Below are positions 1 to 5,503 of a DNA stretch of 29,580 nucleotides, piece after piece; position 1 is the first letter of the stretch; each line of letters starts with the position of its first letter. Origin of the DNA: a virus. Taxonomy: Duplodnaviria > Caudoviricetes. The translations under genes and the position numbers were made by a program. Where the stretch lies: the IMG/VR virus record IMGVR_UViG_3300027764_000024, positions 1-29,580 of that record. One strand, written 5' to 3'. The notes beneath the pieces are model-generated. The model searched no databases, was not told the DNA's origin, and saw nothing but the letters and a program-made list of their open reading frames with translations.

Positions 1-50
1 CCTTGTTTGGAACGAGGAAATCGAAGGTTCGAGTCCTTCATGGGAGACCA
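1..50 (+). tRNA. tRNA-Pro(TGG), 5' part outside the window
   Basis: Anticodon arm CCTTG-TTTGGAA-CGAGG, T-arm GAAGG-TTCGAGT-CCTTC, ends ACCA. Confidence 0.9.
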
Positions 51-82
51 ATTTTTTATTGTTGATAATAAAGGAAATTATT

Positions 83-136
83 ATGAGCGAAGAAGAGCAA
101 TGCGGAAAGTGTGGACATACACATCCGAAAAACTAA
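83..136 (+). CDS. 17-aa micropeptide MSEEEQCGKCGHTHPKN (CxxC-x-HxH)
   Basis: AAGGA Shine-Dalgarno-like site at 71-75. The stop codon overlaps the next AAGGA in front of dps. Below the ORF-track size cut-off. Confidence 0.5.
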   Translation: MSEEEQCGKCGHTHPKN

Positions 137-145
137 GGAACTACT

Positions 146-586
146 ATGCTAGTTGATAACATGAAGGTGCTTTTAGCATCAAGCTTTGGCCTATATCTAA
201 AGGCTACGAATTTTCACTGGAATGTAGAAGGCCCAAACTTTCCACAGTATCATAGCTTTCTAGGCGATTTTTACTCAGATATTTATGGTACAGTAGATAC
301 TATTGCTGAGTATATTAGAGCACTTGATAGCTATGCTCCAGGTAGCTTCTCACGCTTTAGTGAGTTGTCAATCGTTGAAGATTGTACAGAACAGCTAATG
401 CCTATGGAACAGTTTACTGAGCTTCTTGCTGATAGCAATAATATGTTATCTTACTTAAATGATACCTTTACTCGTGCAACTGCCGAGAATCAACAAGGTA
501 TTGCTAATTTCTTAGCAGAACGTATTGACGCAATGCAAAAACATAATTGGATGCTTCGTAGCATCCTTAAAACATCTAAGATGTAA
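146..586 (+). CDS. dps: Dps-family ferritin-like DNA-protection protein
   Basis: Dps signature FHWNVEGPNF..YH and DTIAE ferroxidase ligands, C-terminal KHNWML, 146 aa, AAGGA RBS. Confidence 0.92.
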   Translation: MLVDNMKVLLASSFGLYLKATNFHWNVEGPNFPQYHSFLGDFYSDIYGTVDTIAEYIRALDSYAPGSFSRFSELSIVEDCTEQLMPMEQFTELLADSNNMLSYLNDTFTRATAENQQGIANFLAERIDAMQKHNWMLRSILKTSKM

Positions 587-593
587 AGTATTT

Positions 594-665
594 GGGGTTA
601 GTGTATGGGACACGAAGAACATTTGCAATGTTTTGCTTGGGGATCGTTACCCCATAGCTCCACCA
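594..665 (+). tRNA. tRNA-Ala(TGC), atypical D-arm and T-loop
   Basis: Acceptor GGGGTTA/TAGCTCC-A-CCA with G3:U70, anticodon arm GAACA-TTTGCAA-TGTTT, T-arm TGGGG-ATCGTTA-CCCCA, 72 nt. Confidence 0.8.
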
Positions 666-669
666 ATTT

Positions 670-725
670 TAAGGGTTCATATGTACAGTCTAAGTCAATT
701 ATTTTACAATTAGCATAGACCCTTA
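670..725 (+). ncRNA. Candidate stem-loop RNA between tRNA-Ala and terminator
   Basis: TAAGGGT(670-676)/ACCCTTA(719-725) closing helix continued by TATG/CATA. An alternative GTCTA/TAGAC pairing is also possible. Confidence 0.35.
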
Positions 726-732
726 TTCTACT

Positions 733-761
733 AAAATAGGGCTTCGGCCCTATTTTTATTT
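733..761 (+). terminator. Rho-independent terminator
   Basis: AAAATAGGGC-TTCG-GCCCTATTTT followed by a T-rich tract. Confidence 0.85.
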
Positions 762-812
762 CAAAAAGTATTATTACAGTATTTTTTGAAATAATTAACA
801 TAGGAAACTATT

Positions 813-1007
813 ATGAAAGTCTGGGAAGCCGTCCAAATGCTACAGCAGATGGATCAAACTAAAGAATGTACTATTAACTTCAATGATGCTAAGGAATCAG
901 CCCCTTACTTCTCATTCCAGAAACATCCCAATGTTAATGCACAGGGGGCTTGGCTGGAACAATATATTCCAGGTTCAAATAAAATAACCTGTGATATTAC
1001 TAAGTAA
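813..1007 (+). CDS. Hypothetical protein
   Basis: AGGA RBS upstream, 64 aa, same orientation as the cluster. Confidence 0.7.
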   Translation: MKVWEAVQMLQQMDQTKECTINFNDAKESAPYFSFQKHPNVNAQGAWLEQYIPGSNKITCDITK

Positions 1008-1158
1008 AATTTGGACTCTCTGGGCTAAGGCTCTTGGAGAAAAAGCCTCTGTTGATAGTAGCGAGGCAGATAAAATTGCTATCATTCGGACACTAATCGT
1101 AGTGACTTACGTCATTACTAACTTAGTAATCATTGCTGGTGTAATCCGACACTGGTAA
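991..1158 (+). CDS. Small membrane protein (WAKALGEKA...AGVIRHW type)
   Basis: GTG-start 55-aa ORF absent from the track, with one hydrophobic C-terminal helix. Resembles a small protein family I recall from aquatic phages. Start uncertain. Confidence 0.7.
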   Translation: MILLSKIWTLWAKALGEKASVDSSEADKIAIIRTLIVVTYVITNLVIIAGVIRHW

Positions 1159-1177
1159 CACACACACGAGAAATAAT

Positions 1178-1408
1178 ATGAGTAAAACACCTTTCGAAAT
1201 TCGCGCAGACATTCTTAAACAAGCGCAAGACCTTCTTGAATCTCAGTATGAGGCCCAAGTAGAGTTCGCAACTAAAGCATTCTTTGCCTTAGCTAAAGAA
1301 GGAACCGCAACAATGGAAAACTTTAAGCAGTTTGCTCCAGCGTTCCCAACAACCGAAGACATTATGAAGCAAGCTAAAGAGTTCTACTCTTTTGTCAGCA
1401 GCAAATGA
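1178..1408 (+). CDS. Conserved phage hypothetical protein (TPFEIR...FYSFV type)
   Basis: 76-aa ORF with phage-like codon usage and an ATGA overlap with the next ORF. Confidence 0.8.
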   Translation: MSKTPFEIRADILKQAQDLLESQYEAQVEFATKAFFALAKEGTATMENFKQFAPAFPTTEDIMKQAKEFYSFVSSK

Positions 1409-1557
1409 ATTATTTAGAGGTAGTACGCGCACTATTTAAAAGCCGTCCTTCTCTAGAGGAATTCATTGATGCACATAACCCTACAGATACTATTACTGTT
1501 GAGCGTCTAACTCAGCAGTACCATCGTCTAGTAGAAACTTCCGCTTTCTATAGTTGA
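1405..1557 (+). CDS. Hypothetical 50-aa protein (LEEFI..HNP....VERL motif)
   Basis: ATGA overlap with the previous stop. Fills the gap up to tRNA-Gln. Not in the track. Confidence 0.65.
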   Translation: MNYLEVVRALFKSRPSLEEFIDAHNPTDTITVERLTQQYHRLVETSAFYS

Positions 1558-1562
1558 TCTAC

Positions 1563-1633
1563 TGGGGTATAGTGAAGTGGTATCACAACAGATTTTGATT
1601 CTGTCGTTCTAGGTTCGATTCCTAGTGCCCCTG
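1563..1633 (+). tRNA. tRNA-Gln(TTG), CCA not encoded
   Basis: TGGGGTA/TGCCCCT-G (U1:U72 mismatch), anticodon arm ACAGA-TTTTGAT-TCTGT, T-arm CTAGG-TTCGATT-CCTAG. Confidence 0.9.
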
Positions 1634-1647
1634 CCCTTAGGCAACAC

Positions 1648-1679
1648 AGCCTAGTCCTCTACGCAAGTACGACTAGGCT
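1648..1679 (+). ncRNA. Spacer hairpin with internal loop and GCAA tetraloop
   Basis: AGCCTAGTC/GACTAGGCT 9 bp plus TAC-GCAA-GTA. No U-tract. Confidence 0.4.
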
Positions 1680-1687
1680 CTCAATAT

Positions 1688-1763
1688 TCCGACGAAGCAA
1701 ACACGGTGTGGGCAGAGGACTGTTAATCCTTGAAGGCTGGTTCGATTCCAGCGGTCGGAGCCA
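1688..1763 (+). tRNA. tRNA-Asn(GTT)
   Basis: TCCGACG/GGTCGGA-G-CCA, anticodon arm GAGGA-CTGTTAA-TCCTT, T-arm GCTGG-TTCGATT-CCAGC. Confidence 0.92.
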
Positions 1764-1776
1764 CACATTTTTAGAC

Positions 1777-1805
1777 TTGAATCTTAATCCGATTTATTAT
1801 ATAAT
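1777..1805 (+). promoter_or_regulatory. sigma70-type promoter
   Basis: TTGAAT-17 nt-TATAAT. Confidence 0.8.
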
Positions 1806-1830
1806 AATTTATATTAAGAAAGAAACCGCA

Positions 1831-2337
1831 ATGATTACACTTCAACAATTTCTCCCCGTCATTAAGTATAAAATTACTGGCGGCAGTAACTTCCTTTGGG
1901 ACTGCTTTGGTAGCGACGTGTATACTATCGACTCTTGGGTCGAAGGACATTATGAGGCTTCAGTAACCTTTAACCCTAGTACTCAAGAAGCCTTTGAGGT
2001 TACGGTATTTGATGAGGTCAATGAGCGACAGTATCGTTGGATTAACCCATCCTTTGTAGATGCCTTTAATGCTGAGCACGCTAAGCGTGGTATAGATGAA
2101 ACAGGTTTTGGCTTTAAATATACTACTATTGACGTAAACTACGATATGCTAGAAAAGCTAGAAGGTATCGTCAATAAGACCGAGTACGATACACGAGTTG
2201 TAATTCAAGTTGATATGAGCGACGAGGACTTTTTGACCTTTGCTAAAGCAGCTCATGAAAGAGATATTAGCTTCAACCAGTTTGTTGAAGTTGCTATTAA
2301 AGCAGCAATTGAAAAGTATGATCCAGAATGGGTTTAA
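1831..2337 (+). CDS. Conserved phage hypothetical protein, possible C-terminal ribbon-helix-helix-like segment
   Basis: ATG 1831 lies downstream of the promoter (track start 1708 is inside tRNA-Asn). C-terminus AHERDISFNQFVEVAI. Confidence 0.8.
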   Translation: MITLQQFLPVIKYKITGGSNFLWDCFGSDVYTIDSWVEGHYEASVTFNPSTQEAFEVTVFDEVNERQYRWINPSFVDAFNAEHAKRGIDETGFGFKYTTIDVNYDMLEKLEGIVNKTEYDTRVVIQVDMSDEDFLTFAKAAHERDISFNQFVEVAIKAAIEKYDPEWV

Positions 2338-2630
2338 TCAATTGTAGAGAGTTAGCCCGCACTAATAAGCTTAGTGCAGAGGCACTGAATTCCCATATTA
2401 CTACACCCAGTGATATGGGCATTTTCCTTAATTTATACTGGTCAGAAGGTGTAAGCCCTATTAGTAATCAAGTTAAGCGTGGATTAGCTAAGGCTTTCCA
2501 GAAGTTTTCGGCACAAGAGATGAGTACATATGAAAATAAAATTTTATTAAAAAATATCATGTTCTTGTGCCACCCTAAGCCGCAGACTGCTGAGCAGTCT
2601 GTACTATTTAAACAAATTGCAGGATGTTAA
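2328..2630 (+). CDS. Truncated TROVE (Ro60/Rsr-like) domain protein, 100 aa
   Basis: RELAR...LYW.EG..PISNQVKRGLAKAF.KF...Y...L.NIMFLCHPKP matches the central helical-repeat part of bacterial TROVE proteins as I recall them. No N-terminal part and no vWA domain. Confidence 0.75.
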   Translation: MGLINCRELARTNKLSAEALNSHITTPSDMGIFLNLYWSEGVSPISNQVKRGLAKAFQKFSAQEMSTYENKILLKNIMFLCHPKPQTAEQSVLFKQIAGC

Positions 2631-2631
2631 A

Positions 2632-2832
2632 ATGCCTTGTATGAAATGCTCTAATGGTAAGTGGAAGTATGGTGCTAATGGTAGCTGTGTATTTGATACA
2701 CTAGCAGCTTGTAAAGCAGCCGCAGCAGCTATCCATATTCAAAACCCTACTAAAGAAGATACAACTCCTGGGCCTATCCCAGACTGTGTCGGGGAAAACA
2801 TTCATCACTTACTAGAAGATCAGTATAAATAA
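2632..2832 (+). CDS. Small Cys-rich hypothetical protein
   Basis: AGGA at 2621, ATG 2632. MPCMKC...KWKYG..GSCVFDTL..C. Confidence 0.7.
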   Translation: MPCMKCSNGKWKYGANGSCVFDTLAACKAAAAAIHIQNPTKEDTTPGPIPDCVGENIHHLLEDQYK

Positions 2833-2836
2833 ATAA

Positions 2837-2923
2837 GGAAAATGTGCCGCAAGGTGCGGCAGAGGCTTGCTAAGCCTTCGTTCAGAAATGGGCCGATAGG
2901 TTCGATTCCTATATTTTCCGCCA
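2837..2923 (+). tRNA. tRNA-Ser(GCT)
   Basis: GGAAAAT/ATTTTCC-G-CCA, anticodon arm GAGGC-TTGCTAA-GCCTT, long variable arm. Confidence 0.92.
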
Positions 2924-2927
2924 TTTC

Positions 2928-3003
2928 ACCCTCATAGCTCAGCGGTAGTAGCAGCATCTTGATAAGGTGTTGGTCCCTAGTTCGATCCTAGGTGAGGGTA
3001 CCA
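2928..3003 (+). tRNA. tRNA-Ile(GAT)
   Basis: ACCCTCA/TGAGGGT-A-CCA, anticodon arm GCATC-TTGATAA-GGTGT. Confidence 0.93.
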
Positions 3004-3131
3004 GCGTCGTCCGGCCCTCTGGTTGTTGCAAGATACAACATACGGTACTAACCTGGAATTTACCAGTGAACCTAAGGGAGTTGCAACTCTAAACCTTAGG
3101 CTACGGACATATCCGAAGGTAATAAGCCTTC
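3004..3131 (+). ncRNA. Unassigned multi-helix RNA between tRNA-Ile and tRNA-Trp
   Basis: Helices GTCCG/CGGAC, CTGGT/ACCAG, TGTTG/CAACA, CCTAAGG/CCTTAGG, GAGT/ACTC and GAAGGT/GCCTTC. GC-richer than the spacers and no credible ORF. Confidence 0.6.
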
Positions 3132-3139
3132 ACTAATTT

Positions 3140-3213
3140 TACTTACTAGTGTAATGGCAGCACGCGACTCTCCAAAAGTCTTAGTCAAGGTTCGAGTCCT
3201 TGGTGGGTAGCCA
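3140..3213 (+). tRNA. tRNA-Trp(CCA)
   Basis: TACTTAC/GTGGGTA-G-CCA, loop CTCCAAA, T-arm CAAGG-TTCGAGT-CCTTG. Confidence 0.9.
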
Positions 3214-3217
3214 GACA

Positions 3218-3270
3218 AGTCCAGGACACGCGGACTCTAAAACGAGGTGGATGCTAGTGGAAACCTAGCA
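3218..3270 (+). ncRNA. Two-hairpin spacer RNA, possible pseudoknot
   Basis: AGTCC/GGACT and TGCTAG/CTAGCA helices. The first hairpin resembles the one at 8644. Confidence 0.4.
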
Positions 3271-3278
3271 ACTAATAA

Positions 3279-3348
3279 CGCGGGGATTCAGGTGATCGAG
3301 AGGTCTCATAAGCCTTCTCTAGGGGTTCGAATCCTTCCCCCGCAACCA
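3279..3348 (+). tRNA. Initiator-type tRNA-fMet(CAT) with shortened D-arm
   Basis: CGCGGGG/CCCCGCA-A-CCA with C1:A72 mismatch, loop CTCATAA, T-loop TTCGAAT, only 70 nt. Confidence 0.8.
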
Positions 3349-3353
3349 ATTCA

Positions 3354-3445
3354 GGAAATGTGACCGAGCCCGGTTTATGGTACTAGTCTTGAAAACTAGC
3401 GGAGGTTTATCCCTCCCGTGAGTTCGAATCTCACCGTTTCCGCCA
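3354..3445 (+). tRNA. tRNA-Ser(TGA)
   Basis: GGAAATG/CGTTTCC-G-CCA, anticodon arm CTAGT-CTTGAAA-ACTAG, long variable arm. Confidence 0.95.
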
Positions 3446-3450
3446 GTTTT

Positions 3451-3524
3451 ATCAGGTTAGCCGAGTGTTTAGGCAGGTGACTGCAAATCTCCTTAGATTG
3501 GTTAGATTCCAATACCTGATTCCA
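3451..3524 (+). tRNA. tRNA-Cys(GCA)
   Basis: ATCAGGT/ACCTGAT-T-CCA (U73), loop CTGCAAA, variant T-loop TTAGATT. Confidence 0.9.
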
Positions 3525-3553
3525 TGTTTTTATCACTAACTATAATATAACTA

Positions 3554-4144
3554 ATGAGTAAAGACATTAAACTTTCTAACTTTTCAAATGGCGGAATGAT
3601 TGAACCAAAGGCATCTTCCCATGTCTATGAGTTCTATATCTCAGGCGAAATTGATAGCCCAGAAACTTACATCGAATGGTTTGATACTATTCGTCACTGT
3701 AAGCCAGATGACACAGTAAAAATCTATATCAATAGCTTCGGCGGCGATATGTTTACAGGTATCCAGTTCATGCGGGTTCTTTCAGAAACCGAAGCTCTAG
3801 TTATCTGTTCAGTAGAGGGCGCTTGTATGAGTGCTGCTACTATGATCTTCCTTTGTGCAGATCAGTTCGAGGTAACTCCTCACTCTATGTTTATGTTCCA
3901 CAACTATAGTGGTGGAACATTCGGCAAGGGTGGAGAAATGTACGGACAGATTCAGCATGAGCGTAAATGGTCAGAACGACTTCTTAATGAAATCTACGAA
4001 GAATTCCTTACACCAGTAGAGATTCAATCTCTGCTAGATAATAGGGATATGTGGATGGATGTTGATGAAGTCATTGTTCGTATGGAAAAACGCTCTAAGG
4101 CAATGCACGCGTTGCAAGCCTTAGAAGAAGCCACACGACCTTAG
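3554..4144 (+). CDS. clpP: ClpP-family serine peptidase
   Basis: YINSFGG, G.CMSAA (catalytic Ser), FMFHN (catalytic His), RDMWMD. TATAAT 7 nt before the ATG. Confidence 0.88.
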   Translation: MSKDIKLSNFSNGGMIEPKASSHVYEFYISGEIDSPETYIEWFDTIRHCKPDDTVKIYINSFGGDMFTGIQFMRVLSETEALVICSVEGACMSAATMIFLCADQFEVTPHSMFMFHNYSGGTFGKGGEMYGQIQHERKWSERLLNEIYEEFLTPVEIQSLLDNRDMWMDVDEVIVRMEKRSKAMHALQALEEATRP

Positions 4145-4218
4145 TAGGTTAGCTCAGTCGGTAGAGCAGTTGCTTCATACGCAATTGGTCACAGGTTCGA
4201 ATCCTGTACCTACTACCA
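4143..4218 (+). tRNA. tRNA-Met(CAT), probably elongator
   Basis: AGTAGGT/ACCTACT-A-CCA, anticodon arm GTTGC-TTCATAC-GCAAT. First 2 nt overlap the clpP stop codon. Met versus Ile2 assignment is inferred. Confidence 0.9.
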
Positions 4219-4316
4219 CCTCTCCTTCGGGAGAGGCCATATAATAGTATATTAGTTCTTAGGGTTGTACCGAAGGTAATTATCTACTATGTAGTCCTAC
4301 TATATTATTATATGGC
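4219..4316 (+). ncRNA. UUCG microhelix followed by CCA and a long irregular hairpin
   Basis: CCTCTCC-TTCG-GGAGAGG-CCA, then GCCATATAATAGTATA(4236-4251)/TATATTATTATATGGC(4301-4316) and TAGGGTTGTA/TGTAGTCCTA. Confidence 0.55.
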
Positions 4317-4590
4317 TAAAACATTTTCTACAATTAAAAAGTCCCTAAACCTAACCGACTTCATTACTTTCGGCAAGTATGTAAACTGCCGAGTAGACTC
4401 TATTATTGATATGGACGACGATTATCTTAGATTCATGGTCACTAAAGGTATTAAGTTTGATAAATCTGTCATTGATGCTTTGTCTGTTAAATTCTCTGCT
4501 GATTCTATGGAAGTAGGTTACGACCCTAGAGATCAGCAGGAAGAAGACGAAGTGTATAAGTCTATTAGATTTGAAGACGTTCCATTTTAA
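4312..4590 (+). CDS. Hypothetical protein with FGKY motif (DUF3820/exonuclease X C-terminal-like)
   Basis: ITFGKY...V..I...D..YL.F motif, acidic tail ending DVPF. Confidence 0.75.
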   Translation: MAKTFSTIKKSLNLTDFITFGKYVNCRVDSIIDMDDDYLRFMVTKGIKFDKSVIDALSVKFSADSMEVGYDPRDQQEEDEVYKSIRFEDVPF

Positions 4591-4664
4591 GTTGCTGTTA
4601 GTGTAATGGTTGCACCGCTGTCTGTGAAACAGCTAGGGAGGGTTCGATTCCCCACTCCAACCCA
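4591..4664 (+). tRNA. tRNA-His(GTG) with mismatched acceptor stem
   Basis: G-1:C73 pair, anticodon arm GCTGT-CTGTGAA-ACAGC, C:C and U:U mismatches in the acceptor, CCA encoded. Confidence 0.8.
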
Positions 4665-4673
4665 ATTTTTTAC

Positions 4674-4702
4674 TTGAAGCCATTGCTTAATATTGTTATA
4701 AT
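4674..4702 (+). promoter_or_regulatory. sigma70-type promoter (leaderless transcript likely)
   Basis: TTGAAG-17 nt-TATAAT, ATG 6 nt downstream. Confidence 0.8.
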
Positions 4703-4708
4703 AATTAC

Positions 4709-4933
4709 ATGAAAAAGCAATTCAAACTCTACTCAGTCTCACCATCCCGTACAGGCGACCGTGAGACCCAATATATTCCTAGTCTTGTAACTCCAGGAGG
4801 ATTAACCTCTGCTAAAGAGATTCCAGTATATACTGGTGACAAGATGATCGGTATTTCAATTATTCACAAGAGCTGCTTGCAGCCAGTATTTAGTAAAGAA
4901 GCGGCAATGGATGCTGCTTCTATGCGTCGATGA
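4709..4933 (+). CDS. Conserved phage hypothetical protein (YTG...GI...HKS...PVF...MRR type)
   Basis: 74 aa behind a promoter. C-terminal motif familiar from aquatic phages. Confidence 0.8.
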   Translation: MKKQFKLYSVSPSRTGDRETQYIPSLVTPGGLTSAKEIPVYTGDKMIGISIIHKSCLQPVFSKEAAMDAASMRR

Positions 4934-5082
4934 TAGAGTCTCCTTGTATTCAAGTCTGTAGAATTAATATTATGGGAATTTGCACTGGCTGCAAACGTAC
5001 TCTAGAAGAAATAGAAGACTGGTCTACTTTATCAGACGAAAGAAAGCTAGATATACTAGATATAGTATTTTCGCGGGATTAG
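4930..5082 (+). CDS. DUF1289-like small Cys-rich (putative Fe-S) protein
   Basis: SPCIQVC......ICTGCKRTLEEI.DW, ATGA overlap. Last 10 nt lie within tRNA-Gly. Not in the track. Confidence 0.8.
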   Translation: MIESPCIQVCRINIMGICTGCKRTLEEIEDWSTLSDERKLDILDIVFSRD

Positions 5083-5146
5083 TTTAATGGCAAAACTAGA
5101 GATTTCCAATCTCCAGTCATCAGTTCGATTCTGATATCCCGCTCCA
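5073..5146 (+). tRNA. tRNA-Gly(TCC)
   Basis: GCGGGAT/ATCCCGC-T-CCA, loop TTTCCAA, T-arm ATCAG-TTCGATT-CTGAT. Confidence 0.93.
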
Positions 5147-5151
5147 CATAA

Positions 5152-5228
5152 AGTTCCTTAGCTCAGCTGGTTAGAGCGTCGCCTTTACATGGCGTAGGTC
5201 GTCAGTTCGAATCTGACAGGAACTACCA
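5152..5228 (+). tRNA. tRNA-Val(TAC)
   Basis: AGTTCCT/AGGAACT-A-CCA, loop TTTACAT. Confidence 0.94.
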
Positions 5229-5233
5229 GATAC

Positions 5234-5309
5234 GCAACTTTAGCTGATATGGTTATAGCGGCGGTTTGAAGAACCGTTGAAGTTGGTTCGATTCCAACAG
5301 GTTGTACCA
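5234..5309 (+). tRNA. tRNA-Phe(GAA)
   Basis: GCAACTT/AGGTTGT-A-CCA, anticodon arm GCGGT-TTGAAGA-ACCGT. Confidence 0.9.
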
Positions 5310-5312
5310 ATT

Positions 5313-5415
5313 GCGGCACGAAGTGAGAGCAGGGATGGCATCTGCAAACTGTTAAGGTGAAGGCGTCCACTATACAGTATCTTTTTCCAGGTTCGAATCC
5401 TGGGTGCTCGCTCCA
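5313..5415 (+). ncRNA. Aberrant 103-nt tRNA-like RNA
   Basis: Acceptor GCGGCAC/GTGC(T)CGC-T-CCA and perfect T-arm CCAGG-TTCGAAT-CCTGG, but no D-stem and a long irregular central arm. Confidence 0.75.
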
Positions 5416-5421
5416 AATTTA

Positions 5422-5496
5422 GATGTGTTCATATAATGGTTATTATCTCGGATTGTCTATCCGAAGATGGGGGTTCGATTCCCCCACACATCGCCA
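5422..5496 (+). tRNA. tRNA-Asp(GTC)
   Basis: GATGTGT/ACACATC-G-CCA, anticodon arm TCGGA-TTGTCTA-TCCGA. Confidence 0.92.
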
Positions 5497-5503
5497 CTAA
5501 CAA

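Noticed and set aside
525-801. Track ORFs 525-713 (+) and 598-801 (-)
   Set aside because: They overlap tRNA-Ala and/or the terminator, with no RBS or recognisable motif.
1708-1830. N-terminal extension of the 209-aa track ORF
   Set aside because: It runs through tRNA-Asn and a promoter. ATG 1831 is the plausible start.
3004-3070. HDV-like (theta) or twister ribozyme immediately 3' of tRNA-Ile
   Set aside because: Position and a CTAA before a pairing strand are suggestive, but the putative P1 is weak, L3 is too short and the twister UAA site is missing. Kept only as an unassigned RNA.
5185-5370. Minus-strand 61-aa ORF
   Set aside because: Antisense shadow of tRNA-Val/Phe (GIEP, RFEL-type translation).
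5313-5415. tRNA with a group I intron, or tRNA-Sec
   Set aside because: The extra sequence (about 30 nt) is far too short for a self-splicing intron, and there is no TCA anticodon arm or extended D-stem.
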